Virus record (IMG/VR): IMGVR_UViG_3300045988_128558
Location: 1 to 53,737 of that record
DNA length: 53,737 nucleotides
Direction: 5' to 3' (one strand)
Source: a virus
Position 1 is the first letter of the stretch; every line of letters begins with the position of its first letter. The translations under genes were made by a program, and so were the position numbers. The notes under the pieces were generated by a model. That model was not told the origin of the DNA. It made no database searches and saw nothing but the letters and a program-made list of their open reading frames with translations. Below are positions 51,947 to 53,737 of this stretch, in pieces.

Positions 51947-52194
51947 TCGTCAATCCTTTCTAGGTCGTCTTCATCGTCCCCATCCCACTCCTCGGTCATC
52001 AGGTCTTCCAGTGCGTTAAGGGAGTCTAGGAACTCGGCAGTGGCTAGGGCGAACGGGGCGGTAGCTTTGGCCAGCGACTCGTCGGGGTGTTCGTTGAGGA
52101 GGGCGAGAAGCCTCACCGCGTTACTTCGGAACGCATGGATTTTATCCAGCTCGTCGTACACGGCGGCGGGGTTTACGGTGATGCGGCGGTCCAT
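51943..52194 (-). CDS. hypothetical acidic protein (83 aa)
   Basis: ORF in the co-oriented block, with ATGA overlap to the downstream gene. Confidence 0.65.
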   Translation of the reverse strand: MDRRITVNPAAVYDELDKIHAFRSNAVRLLALLNEHPDESLAKATAPFALATAEFLDSLNALEDLMTEEWDGDDEDDLERIDE

Positions 52195-52218
52195 AAGCCC
52201 CGCCTCCTTTCTTCGTGG

Positions 52219-52881
52219 TTACTTCTGGAACTCGACTAGTACACAACCGAGGGGACAGCTTGCACTCTTGGGGAGCACAAGTACGACGCGCATCGGGTAC
52301 CAGTCGGGAATTTCAAACTCCTTCCCGAGGAGCGCTTCGTAGCTGGTGCTACGAACCTCCGGGTAGTGGTGCTCATCGAGGGGGGAGAGGAGCGTTTCAG
52401 CCCTCCGTGGCGCACGGGCGACGTCGAACTGGAAGACCTTATTCAGCACAACACGTGACTCTGGTAGCGGGGAGCATCGCTCTTCAGCGACCCTAACGAT
52501 CTTTAGAATCGCGTAGGTCTTCTTATCCCCCTCAATGAGGGGCGTGCGCCCGTAATGCGGCTGCCCGGAACGGGCGTAGCGGTAGGCAAGCTGCCGGATG
52601 GACAGGGAGTCCTCGTTGTATCGCAGTTGGGCCTGCATCCACGGTACCCCGCGCATCTCTTCACGGCGGATTCGGTATTCCAGCGGGTCGGTGGCGTAGC
52701 CGTAACCGCGGAAGGCGGGTAGCATTTCCACCATCACCTCGTACCGGAGGGGTTCACCGGAGCGCACCACCGGGGTGACGCTTGCGATCCGGGCTTCCGG
52801 TACGTGGAGCTCTCCCCCACTGCTGGACGCAACCCGCAGTGATAGTAGGCTACCGGGTTTCAGGTTCAGTTCGGTGGTCAT
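52219..52881 (-). CDS. hypothetical protein (220 aa)
   Basis: ATG preceded by AAGGAGGA. Confidence 0.75.
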   Translation of the reverse strand: MTTELNLKPGSLLSLRVASSSGGELHVPEARIASVTPVVRSGEPLRYEVMVEMLPAFRGYGYATDPLEYRIRREEMRGVPWMQAQLRYNEDSLSIRQLAYRYARSGQPHYGRTPLIEGDKKTYAILKIVRVAEERCSPLPESRVVLNKVFQFDVARAPRRAETLLSPLDEHHYPEVRSTSYEALLGKEFEIPDWYPMRVVLVLPKSASCPLGCVLVEFQK

Positions 52882-52944
52882 CTTCGTATCCTCCTTACAT
52901 GTTCGCGATCCAGTAGAGGAACAGTAGCCACAGAATGAACTCCA

Positions 52945-53034
52945 TTAGTTCTCACTCTCCTTTTCGGCTTCGCTCTCGTAGTACCACCCAGCGAGCATCT
53001 TCACGTCGTGGTAGCTCTTCGGTTCGGGTGTCAT
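52945..53034 (-). CDS. possible tiny ORF (29 aa, MTPEPKSYHDVKMLAGWYYESEAEKESEN)
   Basis: Hand-translated. It has ATGA overlap with the upstream stop and TAATG overlap with a further 16-codon hydrophobic ORF (MEFILWLLFLYWIANM, 52895-52945). Confidence 0.3.
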   Translation of the reverse strand: MTPEPKSYHDVKMLAGWYYESEAEKESEN

Positions 53035-53729
53035 TGTTTCTTCATCTCCTCTTGGTAGTTTTGTTCGATTCGTAGCACTGCGTAGCGCAGGGTTGCCAGG
53101 CTGATGGTGACTCCCTCCGGCACGCGCTTGTCTTGTAGTGCTTTCGTAGCAAGCTTAGCAAGCTTCTCGGAGCACTCGGCCAGCACCTTAGCGGCTTCTT
53201 GCGCGAGGTCGGCTTCGTGCCGCGCTTTACCGGATTCGGCATCCCAGGGCTTGAGCGCGGCGGCCACGATGTCAGGGGATACTACACGCACCGAGCTCGG
53301 GTAGAGGTAGCCTTGCTGTACGACGTTGAGCCAGCGGCGCAGGTAGGGCAAGACTTTGTTCTTGTCTCTGGCCGGGGTGTGGTTCATCAGCACGACGGCG
53401 TGTTCAAGGGTAACGCCTTGGGCGTCTACGCTGTTGCCGCGCCCTTCCTCGGTCAGCTCTTTGATGACGTTTGCGGGGAACCGTCCGACGTTTCGCATGT
53501 CCCCGCTTCGTCCGCGGAGCCAGCCGTTGAAGCTGCCAGGGGATGCCCCGATGATGCGGGTAAGCTGGGCGACGTGGACATGCAGGCGCAGGATGCCTCG
53601 CTCGTCAGCGGCGACTCGGAAGATGAGCGGCATCTTCTCGACTCGCTTCGTGGACTGGACGTACACTTCGCAGGTGGCGATGTGGAACTCGGGGCGCTCT
53701 TCGCTGGTGCGGTGCGAGACGATCTTCAT
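53031..53729 (-). CDS. hypothetical protein (232 aa); probably starts 6 codons further upstream across the contig junction
   Basis: An in-frame ATG lies at nt 63-65 of the duplicated start copy (MPLTEG-MKIVSHR...) and overlaps the TAA of gene 65..532 (TAATG). There is a weak, unverified resemblance to antirepressor-type DNA-binding domains. Confidence 0.75.
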   Translation of the reverse strand: MKIVSHRTSEERPEFHIATCEVYVQSTKRVEKMPLIFRVAADERGILRLHVHVAQLTRIIGASPGSFNGWLRGRSGDMRNVGRFPANVIKELTEEGRGNSVDAQGVTLEHAVVLMNHTPARDKNKVLPYLRRWLNVVQQGYLYPSSVRVVSPDIVAAALKPWDAESGKARHEADLAQEAAKVLAECSEKLAKLATKALQDKRVPEGVTISLATLRYAVLRIEQNYQEEMKKQ

Positions 53730-53737
53730 GCCTTCGG

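Noticed and set aside
40506-53729. Lysogeny module (integrase, CI-like repressor, excisionase)
   Set aside because: The only HTH protein (50911-51351) is Xis/MerR-like in its N-terminus. No tyrosine or serine recombinase-sized ORF with recognisable motifs exists on either strand. The HTH protein is therefore treated as a generic DNA-binding protein and the phage as probably lytic.

Overview
The window is a complete, visibly GC-rich tailed-phage genome assembled as a circularised contig. Nt 1-55 are identical to nt 53683-53737, so the unique length is 53,682 bp. The long tape measure and absence of a sheath gene indicate siphovirus-type morphology. The rightward (+) arm, 11748-40306, carries terS, an intein-interrupted terL, portal, MuF-like protein, a P-loop NTPase, scaffold, decoration protein and major capsid. 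It continues with connector and neck genes, major tail, a G/GT chaperone pair with a G_GGA_AAC -1 slip site, and a 1724-aa tape measure. It ends with Dit/Tal-like proteins, fibre and depolymerase-like genes, and a lysis cassette of membrane protein, amidase-SH3b endolysin and holin. The leftward (-) arm starts at tandem near-consensus promoters (10750-11138) and runs through about 20 small genes of unknown function (10570 down to 65). It then crosses the contig junction and continues from 53729 to 40506. That stretch encodes an HTH protein, HNH and VRR-NUC nucleases, an SNF2 helicase, a PrimPol/VirE-type primase-helicase, a PD-(D/E)XK nuclease, a DUF2815-like SSB, a family A DNA polymerase and a DUF3310-like protein. 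The two arms converge on a bidirectional terminator at 40471-40504. I saw no integrase, repressor, canonical tRNA or CRISPR array, so the phage is probably lytic; its host is probably an actinobacterium (inference only). The most unusual feature is a set of six intergenic, anticodon-less tRNA-like structures in the early arm. Each has an acceptor stem stacked on a T arm (12 bp in total), a T-loop-like heptaloop, a GG-containing linker, a discriminator base and no encoded CCA. Each precedes a small gene and is followed by a conserved hairpin, a C-rich box and a Shine-Dalgarno leader. Other notable features are an iteron-dense region with 50-bp perfect inverted repeats (50026-50397), a roughly 300-bp alternating purine-pyrimidine GT-rich tract with 10-bp tandem repeats, and a 21-bp perfect hairpin upstream of terS. 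All product calls come from reading the translated ORFs and from synteny; no database search was run.
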